Source: a plasmid. Taken from it: DNA of 64,000 nucleotides. Position 1 is the first letter of the stretch. Each line of letters opens with the position of its first letter. The DNA lies in the sequence record NZ_CP094333.1; one strand, written 5' to 3'. The position numbers were made by a program, and so were the translations under genes. The notes below the pieces were generated by a model, which saw only the letters and a list, made by a program, of their open reading frames with translations, was not told the DNA's origin and did no database searches. Positions 20,915 through 30,926 of the stretch are shown here, in pieces.

Positions 20915-21060
20915 GTAGGGTAGGGTACGTGTGGTCTTTCAAGATAAATGGCGAATATGTCCTGCTTATCTTGAGTTAGATCACCGTTACCCCCCCTCCG
21001 AACCGTACGTGCACCTTTCAATGCATACGGCTCTCCATTGCTAGCTTATTGGGGATAAAC

Positions 21061-22962
21061 TCATTTAGCAGAATCCCCACTTGAGACAGGTGGTTGCAGG
21101 AGTATTCTTCCCTTTTCCTGTCTCAGATCGGGTAGTTTTCCGCTATGTAACTTGTCGTGGCAACTTGCGCACAAAATCATCGTTTTCCGGCGGCGTGCGA
21201 TCATCATTAGTTGCCACAGGCTGGGTTTATATCCGGCCTTACGACCTTTCTTCAGGTCTTTTAGCTTTCTGACATGATGTACTTCGCAGCGCCCAGTCTT
21301 CGCACAATACTCGCAGATCCTTGCCCCTAATCGACGCATGATCTCTGTTGTGCGGGTTGTGATATGTGCGGTTCTCGGTTCCGTATCGACAATCGTTGTT
21401 CGGTTGCGATTGACATGTTTGAGTTTGAAAACCTCAATCTTTCGGGATCCATTTTTGGCCTGAACGGTAATAGCCAGATCTCCATTATTTTGCCGTAGCG
21501 ATTTGGCGACTTTATTCACTGAACTACGTCGTTTATTCGCTAGGGTCTTAAAAAGGCTTATTTGCCATATGAAATATAATTTTGATAATTTATATTTCAT
21601 GTCCAGCGCCAGACTGTAGTAGTTCGCCAATCCGCGCATTTCCGCGTTGAAAGTCAGAACAATTTCAGCTTCACTGAGATTTTGTAGACTTGAACGATGT
21701 ACAGCCTTCACATTCTCATAACAGCCATATTTCTTTTGGTGACAAAATTTAGCGGCTATATTGTCAGGAACGAAGAGCTGCACAATTCCTGTGGTGGATC
21801 TCCGGAGAGCGTGCCGCCCTTGCATTTTCTGCTTCAGCAATTTCTTTGCATCTGCCTGTCTGATTTCATAGCCTAAAAAATTAACTCCTTCTGAGATATG
21901 GCGGATCCTGGTCTTTGCTTCATTAACTTCCAATCCCAGTGAAGTAGTAATAAAGTTTCTGACCTGTCTTGATATATGTTCAGCATCTTTCTTCGAGCCG
22001 ATGACACCAATTACGAAGTCATCAGCATATCGAACATAGTACATACGCCTGAAGTTTGGATCGTTCATGACCTGAGATGGTATAGAACGTTTTTCTTCAA
22101 GCAGTCGTTCAATTTCTTTCTTTATGGCTTCTTTTTCTGATTCAGAATCAGTTGCCATACCGTCTACTTTCTTTCGTAGTTTATGAATCTTATGGGCCAG
22201 CCTGTTCATATCTGGATTCGCTCTTCGTTTTGTACCGCTTGTATATGCAGGAATTAAGTTCTGTTCTACAAAACGGTCCAGTTTGTCGAGGTATATATTT
22301 GCCAGTAAGGGAGAAATTATCCCACCTTGTGGCGTGCCAGAATATGAGCGATGGTATTTCCAATTGTCCACATATCCTGCCTTCAGCCACTGTTCGATTA
22401 ATTTCAGGAAATTCTTATCCTTAATTTTCTCTGCCAGTGTATTCAGCAATAGTTTGTGGGGGATATTGTCAAAGAAACCTTTGATATCAACATCCACGAT
22501 CCATTTAACTCCGTTCCAGACTGGACGAATAGATCTGAGCGCAGTTTCACACGAACGTTTTGGTCTGAATCCATGAGAGTGTTCAGAGAATACTGGTTCA
22601 TAAACCCTTTCCAGAATAATTCTTGCTACTTCTTGCGCCAGTTTATCGTCTCCACCTGGAATCCCCAGCGGTCTGGTTTTTCCGTCCTTTTTTGGGATCT
22701 GAACTCTGCGTACAGGTTTCGCTACGTATTCTCTACTCCGCAATGTTTTTGCCAGCTTCTCTGCTCTTTCGATAGAGAAGCCATCAATGGTATCTGTTGA
22801 TACACCTTGAGTCAGTGCACCTGCATTGGCCCGTATATTCACGTAGGCTTGCAGCCACAGTCCGGGCTCACACGCAATTTTGTATAGATTACGTACTGGA
22901 TACCCTTTTTTTGAAGCATCCTCAATTCCATCTAATCTTTTCTCAAGTTCATCAGGCAGCAT
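21061..22962 (-). CDS. ltrA: Group II intron reverse transcriptase/maturase with C-terminal HNH endonuclease (LtrA-like)
   Basis: 633 aa. RT motifs (RPLGIP; YVRYADDFVIGV) and HNH (CEYC...HHV...CASCH). Confidence 0.9.
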   Translation of the reverse strand: MLPDELEKRLDGIEDASKKGYPVRNLYKIACEPGLWLQAYVNIRANAGALTQGVSTDTIDGFSIERAEKLAKTLRSREYVAKPVRRVQIPKKDGKTRPLGIPGGDDKLAQEVARIILERVYEPVFSEHSHGFRPKRSCETALRSIRPVWNGVKWIVDVDIKGFFDNIPHKLLLNTLAEKIKDKNFLKLIEQWLKAGYVDNWKYHRSYSGTPQGGIISPLLANIYLDKLDRFVEQNLIPAYTSGTKRRANPDMNRLAHKIHKLRKKVDGMATDSESEKEAIKKEIERLLEEKRSIPSQVMNDPNFRRMYYVRYADDFVIGVIGSKKDAEHISRQVRNFITTSLGLEVNEAKTRIRHISEGVNFLGYEIRQADAKKLLKQKMQGRHALRRSTTGIVQLFVPDNIAAKFCHQKKYGCYENVKAVHRSSLQNLSEAEIVLTFNAEMRGLANYYSLALDMKYKLSKLYFIWQISLFKTLANKRRSSVNKVAKSLRQNNGDLAITVQAKNGSRKIEVFKLKHVNRNRTTIVDTEPRTAHITTRTTEIMRRLGARICEYCAKTGRCEVHHVRKLKDLKKGRKAGYKPSLWQLMMIARRRKTMILCASCHDKLHSGKLPDLRQEKGRILLQPPVSSGDSAK

Positions 22963-23455
22963 TGGCTAACCCTCCTCTTAGAGATTGATGTATCTAACAA
23001 CTGTCTCCCTTCCCCGCAGCACTGTGAGGCTTTCATCTCCCTTCCGGTTGATTTATACCTTTGCTGCTTCCGTATAATGCGGACTGCCGTAGCCCATTAC
23101 AGGCCGACCTTGAGTACTATGGAGACTCCGCTACCATGCTGGGTATAAATCCAGTTTAGGTAGTCCCGTAGTTTCACGGTGTGGAGATGCGATGTACTTA
23201 GGATGTCTTTCGATCGTTTAACTATTTCATCAATAGCTGGCCCGTTAGAGTGGTCACAATCAACGTAGGGCGGATTTCTTGTGCTATTACGGGAATAACG
23301 CTTCAATCGTTCTGCGTTATTGGTTTCCTGTTTCCCACATAGATCTCGACTTCAACAAACCCAGTTTATCCATATACATCTTGCATTGAGTGGTGATACT
23401 TAGTAACCGGCTCATTTAAACCGTCTGGTCTGTTTCCTCCGGCTCTACAAAAATA

Positions 23456-24133
23456 ATGTCCATCATTTTTAATGGACACTATCGTATGAAACACCGGACC
23501 TGGATCACTGAAGCTTTACGTCTTCACTTTGAAGAACATTTACCCCGGGTTGTGGCCGGGCGTCGCCTGGGTGTACCAAAATCAACAGTTTGTAGTATGT
23601 TCGTGCGCTTTCGGAGAGCTGGCCTTTCGTGGCCTTTGCCCGCAGGCATGTCGGAGCAGGAACTTGATGCCTGCCTTTACGGACAATTTTCCACGGTACC
23701 AGTCGTACGTCCTGAAAGCACCGTTATATCCGAAGCCCCCATGGTAAAAAAACGTCCCCGGCGGCCCAACTTCCCTTATGAGTTTAAAATCGCCTTAGTG
23801 GAGCAGTCACTGCAGCCCGGAGCCTGTGTGGCGCAGATCGCCCGGGAAAACGGAATCAACGATAACCTGCTCTTCAACTGGCGCCATCAATACCGGAAAG
23901 GTGGCCTGCTGCCTTCCGGAAAAAATATGCCGGCACTGCTTCCCGTGACGTTAACGCCGGAGCCGGATAATAAAATCCCGGCCCCCGCACAGGAACCAGA
24001 GCAGATAAATACACCGTCCGACAGTCTGTGTTGTGAGCTGGTTCTGCCGGCCGGAACTCTCAGGCTTAAAGGTAAACTGACGCCGGCGTTATTACAGACA
24101 CTTATCCGCGAAATAAAAGGGAGCAGCCACTGA
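23456..24133 (+). CDS. tnpA: IS66-family accessory protein TnpA (Orf1)
   Basis: First ORF of the IS66 layout. Confidence 0.8.
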   Translation: MSIIFNGHYRMKHRTWITEALRLHFEEHLPRVVAGRRLGVPKSTVCSMFVRFRRAGLSWPLPAGMSEQELDACLYGQFSTVPVVRPESTVISEAPMVKKRPRRPNFPYEFKIALVEQSLQPGACVAQIARENGINDNLLFNWRHQYRKGGLLPSGKNMPALLPVTLTPEPDNKIPAPAQEPEQINTPSDSLCCELVLPAGTLRLKGKLTPALLQTLIREIKGSSH

Positions 24134-24480
24134 TGATATCTCTCCCTGCAGGTTCGCGTATCTGGCTGGTTGCAGGTATCACCGATATGCGAAATGGCTT
24201 TAACGGCCTGGCATCAAAAGTTCAGAACGTCCTGAAGGATGACCCGTTCTCCGGACACCTGTTCATCTTCCGCGGACGCCGGGGTGACCAGATAAAAGTG
24301 TTGTGGGCTGACAGTGACGGACTGTGCCTCTTCACCAAACGCCTGGAGCGGGGCCGCTTCGTCTGGCCAGTCACCCGTGACGGCAAGGTGCACCTTACTC
24401 CGGCTCAGTTATCCATGCTTCTTGAAGGTATCAACTGGAAGCACCCGAAACGAACGGAACGCGCTGGAATCCGCATATAA
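24133..24480 (+). CDS. tnpB: IS66-family TnpB (Orf2)
   Basis: 115 aa, start overlaps tnpA stop (ATGA), conserved IS66 Orf2. Confidence 0.85.
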   Translation: MISLPAGSRIWLVAGITDMRNGFNGLASKVQNVLKDDPFSGHLFIFRGRRGDQIKVLWADSDGLCLFTKRLERGRFVWPVTRDGKVHLTPAQLSMLLEGINWKHPKRTERAGIRI

Positions 24481-24499
24481 CCCGTTGTAAAGTGAGGAT

Positions 24500-26071
24500 A
24501 TGGACACCTCACTTGCTCATGAGAACGCCCGCCTGCGGGCACTGTTGCAGACGCAACAGGACACCATCCGCCAGATGGCTGAATACAACCGCCTGCTCTC
24601 ACAGCGGGTGGCGGCTTATGCTTCCGAAATCAACCGGCTGAAGGCGCTGGTTGCGAAACTGCAACGTATGCAGTTCGGTAAAAGCTCAGAAAAACTTCGT
24701 GCAAAAACCGAACGGCAGATACAGGAAGCACAGGAGCGAATCAGCGCACTTCAGGAAGAAATGGCGGAAACGCTGGGTGAGCAATATGACCCGGTACTGC
24801 CATCCGCCCTGCGCCAGTCTTCAGCCCGTAAACCGTTACCGGCCTCACTTCCCCGTGAAACCCGGGTTATCCGGCCGGAAGAGGAATGCTGTCCTGCCTG
24901 TGGTGGTGAACTCAGTTCTCTGGGATGTGATGTGTCAGAGCAACTGGAGCTTATCAGCAGCGCCTTTAAGGTTATCGAAACACAACGTCCGAAACAGGCC
25001 TGTTGCCGGTGCGACCATATCGTGCAGGCACCAGTACCTTCAAAACCCATTGCACGCAGTTATGCCGGAGCGGGGCTTCTGGCCCATGTTGTCACCGGGA
25101 AATATGCAGACCATCTGCCGTTATACCGCCAGTCAGAAATATACCGTCGTCAGGGAGTGGAGCTGAGCCGTGCCACACTGGGGCGCTGGACAGGTGCTGT
25201 TGCTGAACTGCTGGAGCCGCTGTATGACGTCCTGCGCCAGTATGTGCTGATGCCCGGTAAAGTCCATGCTGATGATATCCCCGTCCCGGTCCAGGAGCCG
25301 GGCAGCGGTAAAACCCGGACAGCCCGGCTGTGGGTCTACGTCCGTGATGACCGTAACGCCGGTTCACAGATGCCCCCGGCGGTCTGGTTCGCGTACAGTC
25401 CGGACCGGAAAGGTATCCATCCACAAAATCACCTGGCCGGTTACAGCGGTGTGCTTCAGGCCGATGCTTACGGTGGTTACCGGGCGTTATACGAATCCGG
25501 CAGAATAACGGAAGCCGCGTGTATGGCTCATGCCCGGAGAAAAATCCACGATGTGCATGCAAGAGCGCCCACCTACATCACCACGGAAGCCCTGCAGCGT
25601 ATCGGTGAACTGTATGCCATCGAGGCAGAGGTCCGGGGCTGTTCAGCAGAACAGCGTCTGGCGGCAAGAAAAGCCAGAGCCGCGCCACTGATGCAGTCAC
25701 TGTATGACTGGATACAGCAACAGATGAAAACACTGTCGCGTCACTCAGATACGGCAAAAGCGTTCGCATACCTGCTGAAACAGTGGGATGCACTGAACGT
25801 GTACTGCAGTAATGGCTGGGTGGAAATCGACAACAACATCGCAGAGAACGCCTTACGGGGAGTGGCCGTAGGCCGGAAAAACTGGATGTTCGCGGGTTCC
25901 GACAGCGGTGGTGAACATGCGGCGGTGTTGTACTCGCTGATCGGCACATGCCGTCTGAACAATGTGGAGCCAGAAAAGTGGCTGCGTTACGTCATTGAAC
26001 ATATCCAGGACTGGCCGGCAAACCGGGTACGCGATCTGTTGCCCTGGAAAGTTGATCTGAGCTCTCAGTAA
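24500..26071 (+). CDS. tnpC: IS66-family DDE transposase TnpC
   Basis: 523 aa with N-terminal leucine-zipper-like coiled coil and a CxxC zinc-finger region. Confidence 0.9.
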   Translation: MDTSLAHENARLRALLQTQQDTIRQMAEYNRLLSQRVAAYASEINRLKALVAKLQRMQFGKSSEKLRAKTERQIQEAQERISALQEEMAETLGEQYDPVLPSALRQSSARKPLPASLPRETRVIRPEEECCPACGGELSSLGCDVSEQLELISSAFKVIETQRPKQACCRCDHIVQAPVPSKPIARSYAGAGLLAHVVTGKYADHLPLYRQSEIYRRQGVELSRATLGRWTGAVAELLEPLYDVLRQYVLMPGKVHADDIPVPVQEPGSGKTRTARLWVYVRDDRNAGSQMPPAVWFAYSPDRKGIHPQNHLAGYSGVLQADAYGGYRALYESGRITEAACMAHARRKIHDVHARAPTYITTEALQRIGELYAIEAEVRGCSAEQRLAARKARAAPLMQSLYDWIQQQMKTLSRHSDTAKAFAYLLKQWDALNVYCSNGWVEIDNNIAENALRGVAVGRKNWMFAGSDSGGEHAAVLYSLIGTCRLNNVEPEKWLRYVIEHIQDWPANRVRDLLPWKVDLSSQ

Positions 26072-26282
26072 ATATCAATACGGTTCTGACGAGTCGCTTA
26101 CGATACTTATAACGATTTCCGTATTCACCACCCTTTTCTGTGGATGCTATGTTCACCTCTCCTTTTCAGGATCTCCGAGCCTGTTACCAAGCGAGGCTAA
26201 CCACAGTATGCAATGGCTATACCACTAAGCCATGTTGCTTTTCATGCAACACTCCATAAAACACCGCGCTTCAACGGCGCAC

Positions 26283-26321
26283 CCCGACGAGGATGACCTT
26301 GTTGATACCACGTGCACTCAT
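26283..26321 (-). CDS. ssb: Plasmid SSB, exon 1 (MSARGINKVILVG)
   Basis: RBS ggagg 6 nt upstream, then ATG AGT GCA CGT GGT ATC AAC AAG GTC ATC CTC GTC GGG, followed by intron GTGCG. Confidence 0.75.
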
Positions 26322-26384
26322 AAGAACCTCCTGACTGAAAGATGTGAGATAAACCGGATACCGGCGACGGGACGTTCATGTGCC

Positions 26385-26893
26385 CCTTCAGAGGAGCGAA
26401 AGCTCCTCCTGCCGTCCACTTCACAGGGGTTTCTCCCCGCAGTGGACCTTTCCGATGGGGGCCCGTTTACCGCCTCACGGGACAGCTGCCCGGGGGCGGA
26501 CGCAAAATTTTTAGCCGGGTTCATGGCTAAAAATTTTGTGGCCGGTGCATCTCACCCTGGACAGATGGAACGGGAGGGGGTTACGTCTGCCCCCCGGAAA
26601 GTCCACAGCGGGAAACAGGCCGCAGGGGTGGCGGCAGGAGGGAAGACTGCTGCGCCATCAGGCGCAGTTTCCTCACACACCGTCAGGTGTGCAGGGAGCG
26701 CAGGTCACGGCGCGACAGGGGCGGCGCGACCGGAACGGTCGCTGCAAGCCGGGTTTTCACGCATCGGACCGTAGCGGCAGCCCGAAACCGCGCCAGCGGG
26801 TTCGGCGGAGACTGGCGGGTGCGCCAGCAGCTGCCTGTCGGAGTCGGGCCTGACGACCGGATGCCGCCAGGCAGCCGGGAGCCGAAGTGGGCG
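26385..26893. promoter_or_regulatory. Frpo/ssi-like repeat, copy 3, upstream of ssb. Its tail resumes at ~29239-29430 after intron 2
   Basis: Shares long identical blocks with copies 1 and 2. The homology breaks at 26893 and resumes after the intron. Confidence 0.55.
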
Positions 26894-29237
26894 GTGCGAC
26901 AGGAAGTCGCTTAACGTATTGTTTTACATTGATAAAACCAGCTATCCCATTAGCTGTAGCCTACCGGGACAGGCGCTGCCGGCAACGGCGGGGTCTGAAG
27001 CTCCCGGGACAACGAGAGCCGGGCGTCAGCCCGGGTAAAGCCCCGTGAGGGGCTTTACCTTGCTGCAAGCATCATGTGGCAGGAGAGCAAGGCTGGTCAG
27101 AAGGGTTAACACATGTGAACTGTTGATAAACACCGTTATCGGCAACAGGCCAAAGATGCTGACAGGCCTGAACCAAAAGGTACGGGGTCCGGTTGCTACC
27201 TCGCGCACAGGGAGCACATGGGCGCAGAGACCCCCGGTGAAGAGACAGAACCCGCCCTGACCCTCTGTATGTTAAGCGGAACCTGGTAAACCCGTATCGC
27301 TGCCTTACAGGCAGGTGAACCGTAAGGAACACTGTAGGCGGTGCGGGCAGAGGAGGACGGAAAAAGCAAATGCCCGGTTGTAATGACCGGGATACGGGGC
27401 AGGTTCCCCGACGCGAAAGCGGGCAGACTTCCGTCTGGTCTTTAATTGCATGAAAAGCTGTAAAGCAGTCAAAAGGATATCAGCGAGATGAATACACACA
27501 TCAGTGTGTCCACGATACCCCACCCGACAGGCTGGCACACCATAGACTGGAAAGCATGCCATGCCCGGGTGCGAAAGCTACAGTTACGGATTGCAAAGGC
27601 AACCCGACAGCAACAATGGCGGCAGGTCAGAGAACTACAGCGCATCCTCACCCGCTCATTCTCCGGCAAAGCCGTGGCTGTCAGGCGTGTAACTGAAAAT
27701 ACCGGTAAAAGGACACCCGGTATTGACGGAAAAATATGGCACACACCGAAGGAGAAATGGGAAGGAATATGCAGCCTGAATCTGTGTGGTTACAGGCCAC
27801 AGCCACTACGGCGAATACATATCCCAAAATCAAACGGCAAAACGCGACCGCTGGGCATACCCACAATGAGGGACCGGGCCATGCAGGCACTGTGGCTGCT
27901 GGCTCTGGAACCCGTATCCGAGACCACTGCTGACCATAACAGCTATGGTTTCAGACCAATGCGCAGCACGCATGACGCCATTGAGTCCATTTTTCTGCGG
28001 ATGAGCCAGAAAGTATCGCCCAAATGGATACTGGAGGGCGATATTAAAGGGTGTTTCGATAACATCAGCCATGACTGGCTGCTTTCCCATATTCCGATGG
28101 ACAGGAGACTGCTTAAAAAATGGTTGAAAGCAGGTTACATGGAAAGAGGCGTGTTTAACCATACGAACAGCGGGACACCGCAGGGAGGCATCATATCCCC
28201 TGTTCTCGCCAACATGGCTCTGGACGGACTGGAGAAGGAACTGATGCAAACGTTCAGGAAAAGTGGTTATCACAGTGCAAAGCACCAGGTGAATTATGTG
28301 AGATATGCTGATGATTTCATCTGTTCAGGCAGCTCCCGTGAATTGCTGGAAAATGAGGTCAGACCACTGATTGCAGCTTTCATGCGCGAACGAGGGCTGG
28401 AACTGTCGGAAGAAAAAACCGCGATTACACATATAGATAAAGGCTTCGACTTTTTAGGGCAGAACGTCAGGAAGTACAACGGTAAAATGCTGATTAAACC
28501 GTCGAAGAAAAACCTGAAGAACTTCCTCTGTAAAGTCAGAGAAATAATTAAACGCAATCCGACGCTCCCGGCATGGAAACTGATAGGCCAGCTAAACCCG
28601 GTAATCCGGGGATGGGCTACCTATCACCGACACGTCGTGGCGAAAGAAACATTTAATTATGTCGACACCCAAATCTGGCGAGCTATATGGCGATGGTGTG
28701 TAAGAAGGCACCCCCGAAAAGGATTGCGGTGGATCGCCGGACGATACTTCTCCTTTGAAGGCAGGCGCTGGATCTTTAAAGCCATAACCCCGGAAGGGAA
28801 AATTCTGACTCTCTTCCGGGCAATGGAAACACCGATAAAGCGCCATATAAAAATCAAAGGCGAAGCAACACCATACACCCCCGGAATGGAAATCTACTTT
28901 GAACGTCGTCTGGATCTAATCTGGAAAGGCAAATCAAAGAAGATGAAGACAGTAGTTCAACTCTGGAAGAGGCAGGGGAAACACTGTCCGCAGTGCGGAC
29001 AACCCATAACCAACCAGACCGGATGGAATATACATCACCGGATCAGGAAAGTTATGGGCGGCAGTGACGAACTGACCAATCTCGAGTTGTTACATCCGAA
29101 CTGCCACCGACAGTTACACAGCAGGGAAGCCGGTGCTCACCGAAAGCACTTATAAAGGCTTGAGCGGAGTGCGGGGAAACTCGCACGCTCCGTTCTTAGG
29201 GGGCGGCGGCGCAGCAATGTGCCGCTGCTACCCGACC
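26894..29237 (+). mobile_element. Second group II intron (different lineage) inserted within Frpo-like copy 3
   Basis: 5' GTGCGAC at 26894. RT ORF 27488-29155. Domain V GAGCGGAGTGCGGGGAAACTCGCACGCTCCGTTC at 29162-29195. Domain VI hairpin with a bulged A at 29230. The 3' end is approximate. Confidence 0.7.
27488..29155 (+). CDS. Group II intron reverse transcriptase/maturase/HNH endonuclease (555 aa)
   Basis: RT motifs (RPLGIPTMRDR; YVRYADDF) and C-terminal HNH (CPQCG...HH...HPNCH). Confidence 0.9.
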   Translation: MNTHISVSTIPHPTGWHTIDWKACHARVRKLQLRIAKATRQQQWRQVRELQRILTRSFSGKAVAVRRVTENTGKRTPGIDGKIWHTPKEKWEGICSLNLCGYRPQPLRRIHIPKSNGKTRPLGIPTMRDRAMQALWLLALEPVSETTADHNSYGFRPMRSTHDAIESIFLRMSQKVSPKWILEGDIKGCFDNISHDWLLSHIPMDRRLLKKWLKAGYMERGVFNHTNSGTPQGGIISPVLANMALDGLEKELMQTFRKSGYHSAKHQVNYVRYADDFICSGSSRELLENEVRPLIAAFMRERGLELSEEKTAITHIDKGFDFLGQNVRKYNGKMLIKPSKKNLKNFLCKVREIIKRNPTLPAWKLIGQLNPVIRGWATYHRHVVAKETFNYVDTQIWRAIWRWCVRRHPRKGLRWIAGRYFSFEGRRWIFKAITPEGKILTLFRAMETPIKRHIKIKGEATPYTPGMEIYFERRLDLIWKGKSKKMKTVVQLWKRQGKHCPQCGQPITNQTGWNIHHRIRKVMGGSDELTNLELLHPNCHRQLHSREAGAHRKHL

Positions 29238-29432
29238 AATAAAAGACAGCCAGAAACGGTGACAGTGTCACGGAATATCACACCTGTTCCCTGCATACAG
29301 CCATACACTACCTTCTGACCGGAAAGCCGGGCCGGCAGCGCCGCAGGCGCTGCACCCCGCATTTCCGGCAGGCGTCAGCCTGCCAGGGGTTTTCGCGCGG
29401 GCTGACAGGCGGCCTCCACCGCCTGCCCTGTA

Positions 29433-29624
29433 TCACCTGTTTCTGCTGCCCTGAAGGATATAGTGACCACCGAGGAAAACCGCCTGCTGATTCGCCACAA
29501 AATCGCAGATTTCATCAACAATCTGCGCAGTGGTGAGCGGTTTCTGCCCCATTTCACGACGCCGCGCATTAATCACGGCTTTGTAATTGCGCAGAATTTC
29601 GCGGGTTTCTGTGCTGATATTCAT
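29433..29624 (-). CDS. Hypothetical small protein (63 aa), translationally coupled to the upstream gene
   Basis: ATGA start/stop overlap with the 29621-30043 gene. RBS ggag. Confidence 0.4.
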   Translation of the reverse strand: MNISTETREILRNYKAVINARRREMGQKPLTTAQIVDEICDFVANQQAVFLGGHYILQGSRNR

Positions 29625-30043
29625 GACATGTGCTCCCCGTCCAGCGCCTGTAACACAACGTCCATTGCTTCGCGTTCTTCCCTGACGAACGCATCACCGT
29701 CGCCCCCGTTCTCACTCCCGACGGCATACAGGCGCTTCATTTCACTGCCTGCCAGCGCCAACACTTTTTCCAGCATCACCGCCGGGACTGTCACCTGACG
29801 GCTGGCGCGCTTTTCTTCCATCAGTTCACGAACAACGTCGTGAACAACGCTGACATCCGCACCATGCTCAAAGGCATCGTCCAGCCGCTGCATGACAGTT
29901 TCCAGCTCATCGTCTGTCAGACTCCAGTCCTGGGCTATGTGACGCACATCCCCACGGGTCAGCACCACGGCAAAAACGCATTCACTGTCCGGCACGTCTG
30001 TATCCAGCACTTCGCGGATAATTTCTTTAACAGTACAGTACAT
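29621..30043 (-). CDS. Acidic leading-region protein (DUF1380-like), paralogue of 31749-32183
   Basis: 140 aa, same architecture as the 144-aa paralogue. Confidence 0.5.
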   Translation of the reverse strand: MYCTVKEIIREVLDTDVPDSECVFAVVLTRGDVRHIAQDWSLTDDELETVMQRLDDAFEHGADVSVVHDVVRELMEEKRASRQVTVPAVMLEKVLALAGSEMKRLYAVGSENGGDGDAFVREEREAMDVVLQALDGEHMS

Positions 30044-30089
30044 GTTCTCGTCTCCTTTACAGGGGCGGCATTGCCGCCCCGTCCGTTAA

Positions 30090-30515
30090 TCAGTCCAGAG
30101 CCGCGTAAATCGCGTTGCATTCAGGGTGAAATTCGATGTGACGCCACAACTGCGCATCGCGCATCCGGTAAAGCTGGGTCAGTCCTGCATCCCCGCTGTC
30201 GTGGTACAGCCACAACTGGCGGTTAATCACAAGGGAGGTAAGGATGATGCCTGAGGCATCAGCACTCACGGTACGGTCAAACCAGTTTGCACCGTTCACC
30301 ATGTGGAAACGGTCACCGTCCGGCATCATGTAACCGCCACCGTCCGGCAGGCGGATGAAGTGCCAGAAGCCGCCCTGATATTCCGGCATCATTTTTTGCG
30401 CCAGCGCGTACACATACGCCTCGGCATACAGAAAATCGTTGCCAAACAGATACGGCAGAAAGGAGAGACGGTCGCACTCTTCAACGTTCAGAGTGACAGG
30501 TTTCGCATATTGCAT
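30090..30515 (-). CDS. klcA: KlcA/ArdB-family anti-restriction protein
   Basis: 141 aa, typical KlcA/ArdB size and leading-region position. Has the same upstream block as ardA. Confidence 0.65.
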   Translation of the reverse strand: MQYAKPVTLNVEECDRLSFLPYLFGNDFLYAEAYVYALAQKMMPEYQGGFWHFIRLPDGGGYMMPDGDRFHMVNGANWFDRTVSADASGIILTSLVINRQLWLYHDSGDAGLTQLYRMRDAQLWRHIEFHPECNAIYAALD

Positions 30516-30537
30516 GATGTTTTCCTCCGTTGTTCAC

Positions 30538-30880
30538 ATATTCCGCGACACCGGGCGGTGCCGTGCCTCCATAAAAGCCGGGCGAACAGGCGGGGATGCA
30601 GGGGCGCAAGGGAAGCCGCAGCCTGACGCACACGGCTGGCGGGAGTTGCAGGGTGAGGCCGCGAAACCTGAGCGGGCGAACGACCGGAAAATCACGGCAG
30701 ACGGGAAGGAGGGACCGGGTGACCGCAGCGGCGAAGCGTACCCTTGCATCAACGCCAGCCCGGCTAAGATGGAGGCACGGCACAGCCCGCACACGGCGCT
30801 GAGGCCACATAACTGAAAACCCATAAGGCCATGCCCGCATGGCCGGGTAAAGCGGAGCCGGCGGCGACGTCCTTTGTGCT
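30538..30880. repeat. Second copy of the ardA-type upstream region, here preceding klcA
   Basis: About 95% identical to 15880-16225. Confidence 0.8.
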
Positions 30881-30926
30881 CTGTCCGGGACCGGCAGGAA
30901 AAAGGCGGGGATTTTCCCCGCCATCA

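Larger units (their letters stand above)
23403..26101 (+). mobile_element. IS66-family insertion sequence (2699 bp) nested in domain I of the ssb intron
   Basis: Imperfect inverted repeats GTAACCGGCTCATTTAAACCGT and GTAAGCGACTCGTCAGAACCGT. 8-bp direct repeat gatactta at 23395-23402 and 26102-26109. Three-ORF tnpA-tnpB-tnpC layout. Confidence 0.85.
20915..26282 (-). mobile_element. Group IIA intron inserted in ssb (about 2.66 kb without the nested IS)
   Basis: 5' GTGCGCC immediately after ssb codon 13. Domain V GAGCCGTATGCATTGAAAGGTGCACGTACGGTTC on the minus strand at ~21001-21034. The reverse-transcriptase ORF lies in domain IV. The 3' end is followed in frame by ssb codon 14. Confidence 0.8.

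Noticed and set aside
22152-22800. Several 90-115-aa plus-strand ORFs inside the intron reverse-transcriptase gene
   Set aside because: Antisense to a strongly supported RT/maturase ORF.
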